59,145 nt of DNA, taken from contig JAIESJ010000226.1 of assembly GCA_019746155.1 (NCBI GenBank), positions 1-59,145 on the forward strand, given 5' to 3'. A program made the position numbers and the translations under genes. Of the stretch, positions 18,269-27,625 are shown piece after piece (the stretch's first letter is position 1; each line of letters starts with the position of its first letter). This DNA is from Burkholderiales bacterium (GTDB lineage: Bacteria > Pseudomonadota > Gammaproteobacteria > Burkholderiales > SG8-41). Below the pieces are notes generated by a model. It ran no database searches and was not told the DNA's origin. It was given only the letters and a program-made list of their open reading frames with translations.

Positions 18269-18895
18269 TCAGTTTGCCCAGGTATCAAGATCGAGGGTGG
18301 ACATCGTCCCCACGATTTCCGCTTCCTGGTGAGTGGTGAACACCACCGCCGCGCCGCGCGCTACATGCTGTGCAATCAGCGTCCGCACGTAGTCGACCGC
18401 AGCGGCATCGAGCGCGGTGAACGGCTCGTCAAGAATCCACAACGGCAGGTTTTCGCTCAGGATCAGACGCGCCAGGGATACCCGGCGGCGCTGCCCCTGG
18501 GACAGCGCTTTTGACGGCAGTGCTGCGCACTCCGCCAGCCCGAAGCGGTGCAGTGCTGCAAGCACCAGCCCGCGGTCCACCTTCATTCCGGCCAGCGTGC
18601 ACGCGACGGTCAGGTTCTCGGCCGCGGTAAGCTCGTCCTTCACCGCGTTCGAGTGTCCAAGGTAGACGATTTCTTTCCAGTACTCCTCACGCAGCGAACG
18701 AATGCTGCTGCCCCGCCAGCGTACTTCCCCTTCAGCCGGAGACAGCAGCCCGCACACGATGCGCAGCAGACTGGTCTTGCCGCTGCCGTTGGCCCCGGCC
18801 ACCCGCAACAGTTCGCCGCCGCTCAACGAAAAGCCGAGACCGCTGAACAACCTGCGGTCACCGCGTACGCACTCAAGATTGGCTGCTTCGAGCAT
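18269..18895 (-). CDS. ccmA: heme exporter ATP-binding protein CcmA
   Basis: 208 aa with Walker A GANGSGKT and the ABC signature LSQGQRRR. Confidence 0.92.
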   Translation of the reverse strand: MLEAANLECVRGDRRLFSGLGFSLSGGELLRVAGANGSGKTSLLRIVCGLLSPAEGEVRWRGSSIRSLREEYWKEIVYLGHSNAVKDELTAAENLTVACTLAGMKVDRGLVLAALHRFGLAECAALPSKALSQGQRRRVSLARLILSENLPLWILDEPFTALDAAAVDYVRTLIAQHVARGAAVVFTTHQEAEIVGTMSTLDLDTWAN

Positions 18896-18972
18896 AGGGT
18901 TTTAGGTTTTACATTTTCCTGAAAACCGGCGCGCCGGCCGCTAGGGAAGCTCTGATTAAGTATGGTTTTGTC

Positions 18973-19231
18973 ATTCCCGCGATGGCGGGAATCGAGGATA
19001 TTCAGACAGTTACTGGATCCCCGCCTTCGCGGGGACGACTTAACCAGAGGTTCCCTAGTACAGTACTACTGCGTCACAAAATCTCCATGATCAGAAGCCT
19101 GTTAGCAGGTGCCTTCCCCTCGCCCCGAAGGAAGTCCCCTTGGGGGACAAGGGGAAGGACAGGATGGGATGGGGAAAACGCAGGCCAATGCCAACCCATC
19201 CCCACCCCCACCCTCCCCGTGAAGGGGAGGG
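18973..19231. repeat. Cluster of REP-like GC-rich palindromes
   Basis: Four palindromes: ATTCCC-N8-GGGAAT (18973-18992), TCCCCGC-CTTC-GCGGGGA (19018-19035), CCTTCCCCT...AGGGGAAGG (19112-19158) and CCCTCCCC-GTGAA-GGGGAGGG (19211-19231). Confidence 0.7.
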
Positions 19232-19279
19232 AGACGTTTTGTAACACAGTAAGACTAGCATCCCGGCAGCGCGGATCCG

Positions 19280-20653
19280 TCATACCGTTTCGTGCGCCGG
19301 GCTGATCACTCCCCATTCCCTGGCGAACTCTGCTTCCATTTCGCGGCGCAGGCGCGCGGCGTCGCTGTCGGGCGCGGCAATATCCTGCCAGGTCACCACG
19401 CCGCCCCGCGTAACGGCGCGCTTCAGCCTGACGCCGTGCGCGAGTCCGATCGGCAATCCGCCGCAGGCAAGCGAGTCCCGTGCCGGCATGAGCCGGCCGT
19501 AAACCGTATAGCCGCCTTCGCCGTCCAGTGTTTCGCCGGCCTTGAGATCGCGCTTGGCGACTGCCACCACGTCGCCGCGGAAGCCGGTCGCAGCTCCGGT
19601 CGCCTCGTGCCGCAGCCCGACCGAAGCCACGCTGATGCCGAGTTCCAGGCCTATCAGGTGATAGGGCTTGTACATCGCCGAGATGTTGCCGGTGTCGTCG
19701 GTGATGAGGCCGTATTCCCTGAAGCAGCGCCGCACATAGTCGCTGTCGGCAGAGAAGGTCACGTATACGCCCCACCTCAGATCGCGGAATACCGGCCGGC
19801 CGTCGCGTTCCAAGCTCGAGATCACTTCCACCTGTCCGGCGTGATGCAACCAGCCGCCGGCTGCGGCGGGCTTCAATATGCGCGGCAGATCATCGACGCC
19901 GCACGGCGGGAACGCGAGCCCCTGCGGCGCAGGCGTAAGACCAGTGGCATTGGCCACCGCCGTCATCTCGATCGCCGACTTGGTGCCGTCGAGAAAGGAA
20001 TTGAACATCTGGGCGTTGTAGTCTCCCCGCGCAACTTGTTCCGGCGTGAACCCGTAATAGTCCCAGACTGTCTCCGGTGTCGAGTCGTGATACGCGGGGA
20101 GATATTTGGTGCCTTTGCCGGCGGCGACGACTTCGAAACCGGCGGCACGCGCCCAGTCGACCATTTCGCAGATCAGCGCCGGCTGGTCGCCATAGGCGAG
20201 CGAATAGACGATGCCGGCCTGCGCCGCACGGCGCGCGAGCAGGGGCCCGGCGAGCGCATCGGCTTCGACGTTGACCATCACGATATGCTTGCCGTGTTTG
20301 CAGCACGCGAGCACATGGCGGATGCCGGCGGCCGGATTGCCGGTGGCGTCGATCAGGATTTCGACCACGTCGCTGGCGATCACCGCCGGCGCATCGTCGG
20401 TGATGAAGGTCTTGCCGGAATTTGCAGCCGCGGCAAACGATGGCGCAGCGAATTGCTCCGCGGGCCAGCCGACGCGGGCGAGGCTGTCGCGGGCGCGCTG
20501 GGGCGCGAGATCGGCGACGGCGACGAGGTGCATGCCCGGCGTGCGGCGCACCTGGGACAGAAACATCGAGCCGAACTTGCCGGCCCCGATCAGGGCAACA
20601 CGCAGCGGGTGCTTGTCTGCCGCGCGCTGCTGCAGGAGACGATAAAGATTCAT
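19280..20653 (-). CDS. NAD(P)-binding oxidoreductase with C-terminal SAF-like domain (homoserine-dehydrogenase-like, COG4091-type)
   Basis: 457 aa from ATG 20653 (MNLYRLL...) with a Rossmann motif IGAGKFG. The track ORF extends further to 21343, across an intergenic terminator. Confidence 0.65.
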   Translation of the reverse strand: MNLYRLLQQRAADKHPLRVALIGAGKFGSMFLSQVRRTPGMHLVAVADLAPQRARDSLARVGWPAEQFAAPSFAAAANSGKTFITDDAPAVIASDVVEILIDATGNPAAGIRHVLACCKHGKHIVMVNVEADALAGPLLARRAAQAGIVYSLAYGDQPALICEMVDWARAAGFEVVAAGKGTKYLPAYHDSTPETVWDYYGFTPEQVARGDYNAQMFNSFLDGTKSAIEMTAVANATGLTPAPQGLAFPPCGVDDLPRILKPAAAGGWLHHAGQVEVISSLERDGRPVFRDLRWGVYVTFSADSDYVRRCFREYGLITDDTGNISAMYKPYHLIGLELGISVASVGLRHEATGAATGFRGDVVAVAKRDLKAGETLDGEGGYTVYGRLMPARDSLACGGLPIGLAHGVRLKRAVTRGGVVTWQDIAAPDSDAARLRREMEAEFAREWGVISPAHETV

Positions 20654-20769
20654 GGGTTTGTCCTGAAGAGTGGCAGCGGTTAAGCTACCACAGAAGCCGG
20701 CGCGGAACAAAAAGACCGCCGCGGATTGGAACCGGCGGCGGCCGGTTTCGACGCCGCTGCCGAGCGGGG

Positions 20770-20796
20770 CAAAAAATCGAGACCTGCTGCCAGGTC
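20770..20796 (-). terminator. Rho-independent terminator after the MBL hydrolase gene
   Basis: GACCTG-CTGC-CAGGTC stem-loop, followed on the minus strand by TCGATTTTTTG. Confidence 0.6.
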
Positions 20797-20868
20797 GTAG
20801 CCCGCTCCCGCAAATCCTGGGGCCATCCTTCCTGCCATGCAACACTGCGATCCCGCGCTCAGACCGGC

Positions 20869-22230
20869 TTATGCGAGCTTCACGGTCTGGCGGTATTCCG
20901 GTAGCGTGCAGCGCCAATGCCTGGTTTCCTCCACCCTGTGCCGCAGCGCATCCGAAGCGCTGGGTTCGCCGTGGGTGATGAAGGTCTCGCGCGGCGGTTT
21001 CTTGAAATGCGACAGCCAGTCCAGGATTTCCTGGTAATCCGCATGGGCGGACAGATTGTCGATGGCGGCGACTTCGGCGCGCACCGGCACATATTCGCCG
21101 TGTATCTTGACCGATTCGGCGCCGTTCAGGAGGGCGGCGCCGCGCGTGCCGCCGGCCTGGAAGCCGGCAAACAGAATGGTATTGCGCGGATCGGGCGCGA
21201 ACTTTTTCAGATGATGCACCACGCGGCCGCCGGTCGCCATGCCGCTTGCCGAAATGATGATCATCGGCCCGGGCCTCTCGTTCAACTGTATGGATTCTTC
21301 CGCGCTGTTGACGATGCGCGCCGCGGAGCACATCGCGTCGCACTGTTCGGGCGTCAACCGGTGTTCCCGGCGGTACTTGTGGTAGATGCGCGTCACGTCG
21401 GTCGCCATCGGACTGTTGAGAAAAACAGGAATGTCGGGGATTGCGCCCCCGGTCTTGAGCAGGTGTATGTAATACAGCAGGCTCTGCGCCCGGCCGACGG
21501 CGAAAGCCGGAATGATCACGACACCCTTGCGCCTGGCTGTGCGTTGTATGATGGGCGCCATGATTTCGCGCGGGTCGGCGGCCTCGTGCCGGCGGTCGCC
21601 ATAGGTCGATTCCAGTACCAGGTAATCGGCACCGGCGGTTTTTGCCGGGGCCGCCATGATCAGGTCGTTGGGCCGTCCGAGATCTCCCGAGAACAGGATC
21701 GACGTCGATGCGTCCCTGATCAACATGAATGCGGACCCCAGAATATGCCCGGAAGGCGAAAAACGCAGCGTCAGGTGTTTATCCAGCTGCACATCGCGCC
21801 CGAAAGCAACCGGAGTAAACGCACGCAGCGCCCGTTTGCCGTCCTCTTCGGTGTACAGCGGCTGGGCCAGGCTGTGTTTGGAGAAGCCGTGTCTGTTCGC
21901 AAACTCCGCCTCCTCCTGCTGAAGATGTCCGCTGTCGGGCAGCAGGATCGCGCACAGGTCGCGGGTAGCGTGAGTGCTGTAAACGCGGCCGGGGAAGCCG
22001 CTCTTGATCAGCAGCGGCAGGTAGCCGCTGTGATCGATGTGCGCATGAGTGAGTACGACCGCATCGATCTCGCGGGGATCGACCGGAAGTCTGGCCCAGT
22101 TCCTCAGGCGCAGCTGTTTGTAACCCTGGAACAGCCCGCAGTCCACCAGAATTTTCTTCGTGCCGCTGGTGAGCAGGTATTTCGAGCCGGTGACCGTGCC
22201 GGTTGCGCCGAGAAACGTGAGCTTCATCAT
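20869..22230 (-). CDS. MBL-fold metallo-hydrolase with beta-CASP/RNA-specificity domain
   Basis: 453 aa with the HxHxDH motif (HAHIDHSG) and length and C-terminal region typical of beta-CASP RNase-like proteins. Confidence 0.8.
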   Translation of the reverse strand: MMKLTFLGATGTVTGSKYLLTSGTKKILVDCGLFQGYKQLRLRNWARLPVDPREIDAVVLTHAHIDHSGYLPLLIKSGFPGRVYSTHATRDLCAILLPDSGHLQQEEAEFANRHGFSKHSLAQPLYTEEDGKRALRAFTPVAFGRDVQLDKHLTLRFSPSGHILGSAFMLIRDASTSILFSGDLGRPNDLIMAAPAKTAGADYLVLESTYGDRRHEAADPREIMAPIIQRTARRKGVVIIPAFAVGRAQSLLYYIHLLKTGGAIPDIPVFLNSPMATDVTRIYHKYRREHRLTPEQCDAMCSAARIVNSAEESIQLNERPGPMIIISASGMATGGRVVHHLKKFAPDPRNTILFAGFQAGGTRGAALLNGAESVKIHGEYVPVRAEVAAIDNLSAHADYQEILDWLSHFKKPPRETFITHGEPSASDALRHRVEETRHWRCTLPEYRQTVKLA

Positions 22231-22247
22231 GTTCGATTATTTACTTG

Positions 22248-22508
22248 TCATGTTTCAATATCCCGTTTTTTCTGCTCGAACTCGTCCTTGCCGATCTCGC
22301 CGCGGGCGTAGCGTTCCTTGAGGATGTCGAGGGCCCTGTTTGTCGCGCCGCCTTCAGCCTGGGGCGGCTGTGTGAAGCCTCCGGTCAGCCATTTGAACAG
22401 CACGACGATGCCGAGAATGATCAGCACCCACCACAGAACCATGTGCACGATGCCGAGTATTCCCCAGCCACCCCCCCATCCCCAACCCATTCCCATGTCA
22501 CCCCACAT
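22248..22508 (-). CDS. SHOCT-domain small membrane protein
   Basis: 86 aa with a Gly/Trp-rich TM N-terminus and the C-terminal motif LKERYARGEIGKDEFEQKKRDI. Confidence 0.7.
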   Translation of the reverse strand: MWGDMGMGWGWGGGWGILGIVHMVLWWVLIILGIVVLFKWLTGGFTQPPQAEGGATNRALDILKERYARGEIGKDEFEQKKRDIET

Positions 22509-22659
22509 TTGATGCCTCCTTTCTGTTACTGGACTGTCAGTTTACACGGAGCGTTCCTGCCCGGCAGGGAAAACGAAATTCATCAATTAACACTCTTCGC
22601 CGGGTTTCACGCCGACAGTGACCTGCCGCCATGTCCTCCTGCGGGCGCAGGATGCCGGT

Positions 22660-23310
22660 TTACGGGCGGCTTACGACCGTGAGCCGCGGGAAAAACGCGG
22701 GCGTTGCGTTGGCATAGCGGATGTATTCGTCGCCGAACTCCACGACGGCTTCGCGCTCTTCCCGGCGTGCCAAATGCACGTACATCGTTACCAGAATGGG
22801 GAACATCAGAAGCGTCACCAGCGTCGGCCACTGCAGCAGGAAGCCGACCATGATGAGAATGAAACCGGCATACTGGGGATGCCTGATACGCGCGTAAGGT
22901 CCCGTCGTGGCGAGCTGGTGCTGGCGCTGCGCAGCGTAGAGGACTTTCCAGCCCGCGGACAACAGGAAAAAGCCGCCGATGATCAGGATGTTGCTCAGAA
23001 TATGAAACGGCCCGAAATGCGGGTTGGCGCGCCAGCCGAACATGATTTCCAGCAAGTGCCCGGCATCGTGCGACAGAAAATCCACCCCGGGGAATTGGCT
23101 GGCGAGCCAGCCGGACAGCAGATAGATGGTGAGCGGAAAGCCGTACATTTCAGTAAACAGCGCGACGAGGAAAGCAGAAAACGCGCTGAACGAACGCCAG
23201 TCACGCGTAGTCTGCGGCTTGGCGAAACTAAATGTAAAGATGATAAAAATCAATGAGTTAACTATGACAAGCGACCACAGCCCATAGGCCGGATCCTGGG
23301 GTTGATTCAT
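22660..23310 (-). CDS. isoprenylcysteine carboxyl methyltransferase (ICMT)-family membrane methyltransferase
   Basis: 216 aa, polytopic, with the motif GPYARIRHPQYAGFILIMVGF. Confidence 0.7.
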   Translation of the reverse strand: MNQPQDPAYGLWSLVIVNSLIFIIFTFSFAKPQTTRDWRSFSAFSAFLVALFTEMYGFPLTIYLLSGWLASQFPGVDFLSHDAGHLLEIMFGWRANPHFGPFHILSNILIIGGFFLLSAGWKVLYAAQRQHQLATTGPYARIRHPQYAGFILIMVGFLLQWPTLVTLLMFPILVTMYVHLARREEREAVVEFGDEYIRYANATPAFFPRLTVVSRP

Positions 23311-23567
23311 TTCTTCTCTCCCTCGCGTTGTTTGTCCGGCTGCATGCTGCCGTTATTGTGATGGTTACCGTGCCCGCCATGCATGAAGATATGAAGCAGC
23401 GGGCAGGCGAGTAGCAGCAAGTACGGCAGATAATAAAGAAGTCCGGACAGGTGCGCCTGGTGTTCCATAATCAGGAGATAGGCGGCGATGGCGAGAAACG
23501 CAATGAATACCCATTTGGTTTTAAATCCCGTGCCGTTGCCACCGTCTTGCCGGTGTTCGTGATTCAT
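23307..23567 (-). CDS. DUF2933-like small membrane protein with His-rich segments
   Basis: 86 aa containing MEHQAHLSGLLYYLPYLLLLACPLLHIFMHGGHGNHHNN. Overlaps the ICMT start by 4 nt. Confidence 0.65.
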   Translation of the reverse strand: MNHEHRQDGGNGTGFKTKWVFIAFLAIAAYLLIMEHQAHLSGLLYYLPYLLLLACPLLHIFMHGGHGNHHNNGSMQPDKQREGEKK

Positions 23568-23823
23568 GGTTAACTCCTATTGAGCATAGTGGTAAGCCAT
23601 CATGAATTCCGTTATTGCGTCTTGCTCATGGATTGACGCGGTTGCGCCGAAACAACGGCGTGGCGGTAATCAAAGCTGGCCTTAATCAGTTGCTGCGTGT
23701 GAGGCCGACGTATTTCGATATCGATTTGGTACGGCCCGATCCCCGGCATGTTGAAATAATTGCCATAGACCGCGCCGCCAGCAATCGTCATCGGCTCCGT
23801 TCTTCATCTGGCAGCGTTCCATG

Positions 23824-26253
23824 CTATAGCCGCACGCGGTTGAGCCGCAACGCATTGGTCACCACCGATACCGAACTGAAGCTCATCGCGGCGGCGGCAA
23901 TGATCGGGGAGAGCAATAGCCCGAAAAACGGATACAGTACGCCGGCGGCGATCGGCACGCCGAGCGCGTTGTAGATAAATGCGAAGAAAAGGTTTTGGCG
24001 AATGTTGCGCATGGTGGCGCGGCTTAAGCGCCGCGCCCGCACGATGCCGCGCAGATCGCCTTTCACGAGTGTCACGCCGGCGCTTTCCATCGCGACGTCG
24101 GTGCCGGTGCCCATCGCGATGCCGACTTGGGCCTGCGCCAGGGCCGGGGCATCGTTGATGCCGTCGCCTGCCATCGCGACGACCCGGCCCTCCGCCTGCA
24201 ACTGTTTGATGACCGCCGTCTTCTGTTCGGGCAGCACTTCGGCGGTAACGCGGTCGATGCCGAGCTTGCGCGCCACCGCCTCGGCGGTGACGCGGTTGTC
24301 TCCCGTGAGCATCACGACTTTCAAGCCTTCCTCGTGCAGCGCGCGGATCGCCTCGGGGGTGGAATCCTTGATCGGATCGGCCACCCCGATCAGGCCGGCC
24401 GGCTTGCCGGCTATGGTCACGAACATCACGGTCTGGCCTTCGGCCCGCAGCGCAGCCGCCTGCTCGTCGAGCGCGCCAGGATCGATGTTGAGGTTCTCCA
24501 GCAGCTTGCGATTGCCGATGGCCACTGCCCGCCCGTTGACCTGGCCGTTGACGCCTTTGCCCGTTATCGACTGGAAGTCCGTGACCGGAAACAACACGAG
24601 CTTCTTCTCCTCCGCGCCGCCGACGATCGCGGCGGCAAGCGGGTGCTCGCTGGCGCGCTCCAGGCTGGCGCCGAGCTGGAGAATATCGTCTTCGCGGAAG
24701 CCATTTGCAGCCACCACGCGGGTCAGGCGCGGCTTGCCGACGGTGAGCGTGCCGGTCTTGTCGCACACCAGTGTGTCGACCTTCTCCAGGATCTCGAGCG
24801 CTTCCGCGTTCTTGATCAGCACGCCGGCGGTGGCGCCGCGACCGGTGCCGACCATAATCGACATCGGCGTTGCCAGCCCCAACGCGCACGGGCAGGCGAT
24901 GATCAGCACCGCGACCGCGTTGATGAGGGCGTGGGCAAGGCGCGGTTCAGGCCCCCACAAACCCCAGACAATCAGGGTAACCACCGCAATCGCCACGACC
25001 GCCGGCACGAAATAACCCGAAACTACGTCGACGAGGCGCTGGATCGGGGCGCGGCTGCGTTGCGCCTCGCTCACCATGTGCACAATCTGCGCCAGCAGCG
25101 TGTCGGTGCCGACGCGCTCGGCCTGCATCAGCAAACCGCCCGTGCCGTTCACGGTGGCGCCGATCACGCGGTCCCCCGGGTGCTTTTCCGCCGGGATCGA
25201 TTCGCCGGTGACCATCGACTCGTCGACAGCGCTCGATCCTTCCACGACCACGCCGTCCACCGGCACCTTCTCGCCGGGACGCACGCGCAGTCTGTCGCCC
25301 GGTTTGACCTGTTCGAGCGGGATGTCCTCTTCGCGGCCGTCGGCGCGCACGATGCGCGCGGTTTTTGGCGCGAGTCCCAGCAGCATTTTGATCGCGGCGC
25401 TGGTGCGGCTGCGGGCGCGCAATTCGAGCACCTGGCCGAGCAGGACCAGCGCGGTGATCACCGCGGCCGCTTCGAAATAGACCGGAACGATGCCGTCTTT
25501 CGTCGCTACCGTTGCGGGAAAGAGCCCCGGCGCAAACGTTCCGACCACACTGTAGAGCCAGGCCACTCCGACGCCCAGTGCGATCAGGGTGAACATGTTG
25601 AGGTGGCGATTGACGACCGACTGCCAGCCGCGCACGAACAATGGCCAGCCTGCCCACACCACCGCAGGCGTGGCGAGCAGGAACTCGACCCACTGCAGCG
25701 GGCGGGCGGAGATGAACCGGCTGGCCAGATCGGGCCAAAGATCGGCCACCGTGGCCATGACGAACACGGGCGCGGCGAGCGCGGTGCTCACCCAGAAACG
25801 CCGCGTCATGTCGGTGAGCTCGACGTTCTCCTCCTCGATGGCGGCGACCCGCGGCTCGAGCGCCATGCCGCAGATCGGGCAGTCGCCCGGTTCATTGCGC
25901 ACGATTTCCGGGTGCATCGGGCAGACGTATTCGGTGCGCGTGGCCGCGGGCTGGGCGGTTTCCGGCTCGAGCGCCATGCCGCACTTCGGGCAGGATCCCG
26001 GGCCCTGCTGACGCACTTCGGGATGCATCGGGCAGGTATACATCGCGGCAGGCGGTTGAGTGGACGCACCGCCGCTGGCGCCGGCCCTGTGCACGCGCAC
26101 GGGTTGCGGCTTGTTTAAATAACCGGCCGGATCGGCTTCGAATCTGGCTCCGCAGTGCGCGGAGCAAAAGTAATAGGTTACCCCTTCGTGGACACGTGTG
26201 GTTGCCGCGGATTTTTCATCCACCGTCATGCCGCATACCGGATCGGTCGCCAT
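23824..26253 (-). CDS. copA: Cu(I)-translocating P1B-1 ATPase (CopA) with TRASH/YHS-like and two CPMHPE-type N-terminal metal-binding modules
   Basis: Motifs [39 protein letters not shown]...P and MSFSS are present. Start set to ATG 26253 ([11 protein letters not shown]...) with a GGAGA RBS; the track ORF runs to 26349. Confidence 0.92.
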   Translation of the reverse strand: MATDPVCGMTVDEKSAATTRVHEGVTYYFCSAHCGARFEADPAGYLNKPQPVRVHRAGASGGASTQPPAAMYTCPMHPEVRQQGPGSCPKCGMALEPETAQPAATRTEYVCPMHPEIVRNEPGDCPICGMALEPRVAAIEEENVELTDMTRRFWVSTALAAPVFVMATVADLWPDLASRFISARPLQWVEFLLATPAVVWAGWPLFVRGWQSVVNRHLNMFTLIALGVGVAWLYSVVGTFAPGLFPATVATKDGIVPVYFEAAAVITALVLLGQVLELRARSRTSAAIKMLLGLAPKTARIVRADGREEDIPLEQVKPGDRLRVRPGEKVPVDGVVVEGSSAVDESMVTGESIPAEKHPGDRVIGATVNGTGGLLMQAERVGTDTLLAQIVHMVSEAQRSRAPIQRLVDVVSGYFVPAVVAIAVVTLIVWGLWGPEPRLAHALINAVAVLIIACPCALGLATPMSIMVGTGRGATAGVLIKNAEALEILEKVDTLVCDKTGTLTVGKPRLTRVVAANGFREDDILQLGASLERASEHPLAAAIVGGAEEKKLVLFPVTDFQSITGKGVNGQVNGRAVAIGNRKLLENLNIDPGALDEQAAALRAEGQTVMFVTIAGKPAGLIGVADPIKDSTPEAIRALHEEGLKVVMLTGDNRVTAEAVARKLGIDRVTAEVLPEQKTAVIKQLQAEGRVVAMAGDGINDAPALAQAQVGIAMGTGTDVAMESAGVTLVKGDLRGIVRARRLSRATMRNIRQNLFFAFIYNALGVPIAAGVLYPFFGLLLSPIIAAAAMSFSSVSVVTNALRLNRVRL

Positions 26254-26382
26254 ATTGTCTCCTGTTGACAAATTCGCTTTATCCACAAACAAAACCTGAG
26301 CGCGTCTTACCCGGGAAACAGCGCGCATGCGGGGCGATGTCGCCGGCACTTATGCCTATGCATGGTCTGCATTCCTGATTCT

Positions 26383-27051
26383 TCACTTCTTGTCGTCTGT
26401 GCCGATGATCAGGCGGGTATCGCTCAAATAGCCATGCCGCGGAATGACCAGGTTGGTCGGGGCGGGAACATTTTTGTACACTCTTCCCGCGAGATCGAAT
26501 TTCGAGCCATGGCAAGGGCAAAAAAAGCCGCCGGGCCATTCCGGGCCGAGATCGGCGGGTGCGATCTCCTTGCGATAAGTCGGCACGCAACCCAGATGGG
26601 TGCAAATTCCAACCGCGACGAGGAACTCCGGCTTGATCGAACGTGTGGGATTCTTGCAGTATGCGGGTTGTTGCGGCACCTCCGATTTGGGGTCTCTCAG
26701 TTTTTCTTCATATTTTTCAAGTAGTTGCAACATCTCCGCTGTGCGATGCAGGATCCATGTCGGCTTGCCACGCCATTCCACTGTAAGCAGCGTGCCGGGC
26801 TCCAGTGTGCTGATATCCACCGCTACCGGGGCGCCAGCTCCTTTGGTTCTTTCGCTGGGCATCATGCTCGCGACAAAGGGCGCCGCTGCGATCGCAACGC
26901 CGATTCCGCCCAACGCTGTCGTCGCTGCGACGAGGGCCCGCCGCCGCGCGGGATCCGGCTGGTCGTGATCAGCACCAGGCGCAGGTGGATTTGCCGACTC
27001 CGGTGCCGGCAATCCTTCAGCTGCCGTAGTGTGGGTCGAATCAGCGCTCAT
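26383..27051 (-). CDS. petA: bc1-type Rieske iron-sulfur protein (orphan petA-like)
   Basis: 222 aa with a twin-arginine motif (ARRRALVAAT), a TM anchor, and the CTHLGC and CPCHGS boxes. No cytochrome b or c1 gene is adjacent. Confidence 0.8.
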   Translation of the reverse strand: MSADSTHTTAAEGLPAPESANPPAPGADHDQPDPARRRALVAATTALGGIGVAIAAAPFVASMMPSERTKGAGAPVAVDISTLEPGTLLTVEWRGKPTWILHRTAEMLQLLEKYEEKLRDPKSEVPQQPAYCKNPTRSIKPEFLVAVGICTHLGCVPTYRKEIAPADLGPEWPGGFFCPCHGSKFDLAGRVYKNVPAPTNLVIPRHGYLSDTRLIIGTDDKK

Positions 27052-27230
27052 CGTCGCGTCCCCACAGCCGCGCGGGCTCCGGTTCGCGCCCGTAGCGCCG
27101 GCGCTGCAGCCGGAACAGCAGCCGCACGTACCACGGGAAACGGTGATTTTCAGCGGTTTCGATGTAGCTCACCGCACACCTCCGGCGCGATCCCGGGATT
27201 TCCTGTTTTTCGCGGTTCTGCAGGAAGTCT

Positions 27231-27404
27231 TCACGCCTGATGTTGATGGCCATGCGCCACGCCGGGCTTGTCGGATGGGGGGTGCTTGCCGTGCTCACCG
27301 CAGCATCCGCCATGCCCGCCATGGCTACGGCGGAAGAAGCCCAGGAACGCAACCATGCCGATCAAGACCGCGATCCAGATCCAGTTCTGAGCCAGCCATT
27401 CCAT
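27231..27404 (-). CDS. 57-aa single-TM protein with His/Cys-rich tail (DUF2933-like)
   Basis: Below the track cutoff. Sequence is MEWLAQNWIWIAVLIGMVAFLGFFRRSHGGHGGCCGEHGKHPPSDKPGVAHGHQHQA. An AAGGA sits 7 nt upstream of ATG 27404, and TGA is at 27231-27233. Confidence 0.5.
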   Translation of the reverse strand: MEWLAQNWIWIAVLIGMVAFLGFFRRSHGGHGGCCGEHGKHPPSDKPGVAHGHQHQA

Positions 27405-27459
27405 GATCCTGTCCTTTCACCGATTGTGTAACGTTCAACTGCCATACCCGAGTCGCAAT

Positions 27460-27480
27460 ATATACCCCATATGGGTATAT
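27460..27480. promoter_or_regulatory. CsoR/RcnR-family-type operator candidate (ATATACCC-CATAT-GGGTATAT)
   Basis: Perfect 8-bp arms with AT-rich ends flank an interrupted C/G tract. Extra ATACC(C) half-sites lie at 27444-27449 and 27485-27489. The site is 56-76 nt upstream of the small ORF start. Confidence 0.5.
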
Positions 27481-27625
27481 GTCAATACCGCAAAAGCCGG
27501 AATTTGCGTGCTTGGCCAAGCCGCCGCCGTCCTCGGCACGCTACTCGAGACTTTCGGCACCCGGTGTGGGCTTTAGCACCTGAAACGTCACACGATCTGC
27601 CGCAACGACTTCCACCTGGTCTCCT

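Noticed and set aside
19211-19231. CCCTCCCC-GTGAA-GGGGAGGG hairpin, considered as the terminator of the SAF-domain oxidoreductase gene.
   Set aside because: It is not followed by a U-run on the minus strand. It fits better as one unit of the REP-like palindrome cluster.
23612-23791. 59-aa minus-strand ORF (MTIAGGAVYGNYFNMPGIGPYQIDIEIRRPHTQQLIKASFDYRH...) between copA and the DUF2933-like gene.
   Set aside because: It vaguely recalls the C-terminus of periplasmic iron-transport lipoproteins and has a weak RBS. It is short, has an in-frame stop 15 nt upstream, and I cannot support the family assignment without a search. It may be a gene fragment.
24127-26118. 663-aa plus-strand ORF, representative of many very long ORFs in the track. 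Others include 24..1469, 865..1557, 2894..4027, 19292..20683, 20917..22311, 24002..25015, 45693..47204, 48786..49640 and 50272..51141.
   Set aside because: They lie antisense to, or out of frame with, genes that have clear family motifs. Their translations are Arg/Ala/Gly/Pro-rich low complexity, typical of shadow ORFs in high-GC DNA.
27041-27253. 70-codon minus-strand reading (…VSYIETAENHRFPWYVRLLFRLQRRRYGREPEPARLWG…) that resembles the N-terminus of carboxymuconolactone-decarboxylase-family proteins.
   Set aside because: It is only about 40 residues of similarity recalled from memory. It is truncated by the petA-like start and overlaps the small His-rich ORF, so it is too weak to list as a feature. 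If real, it is another decay fragment.
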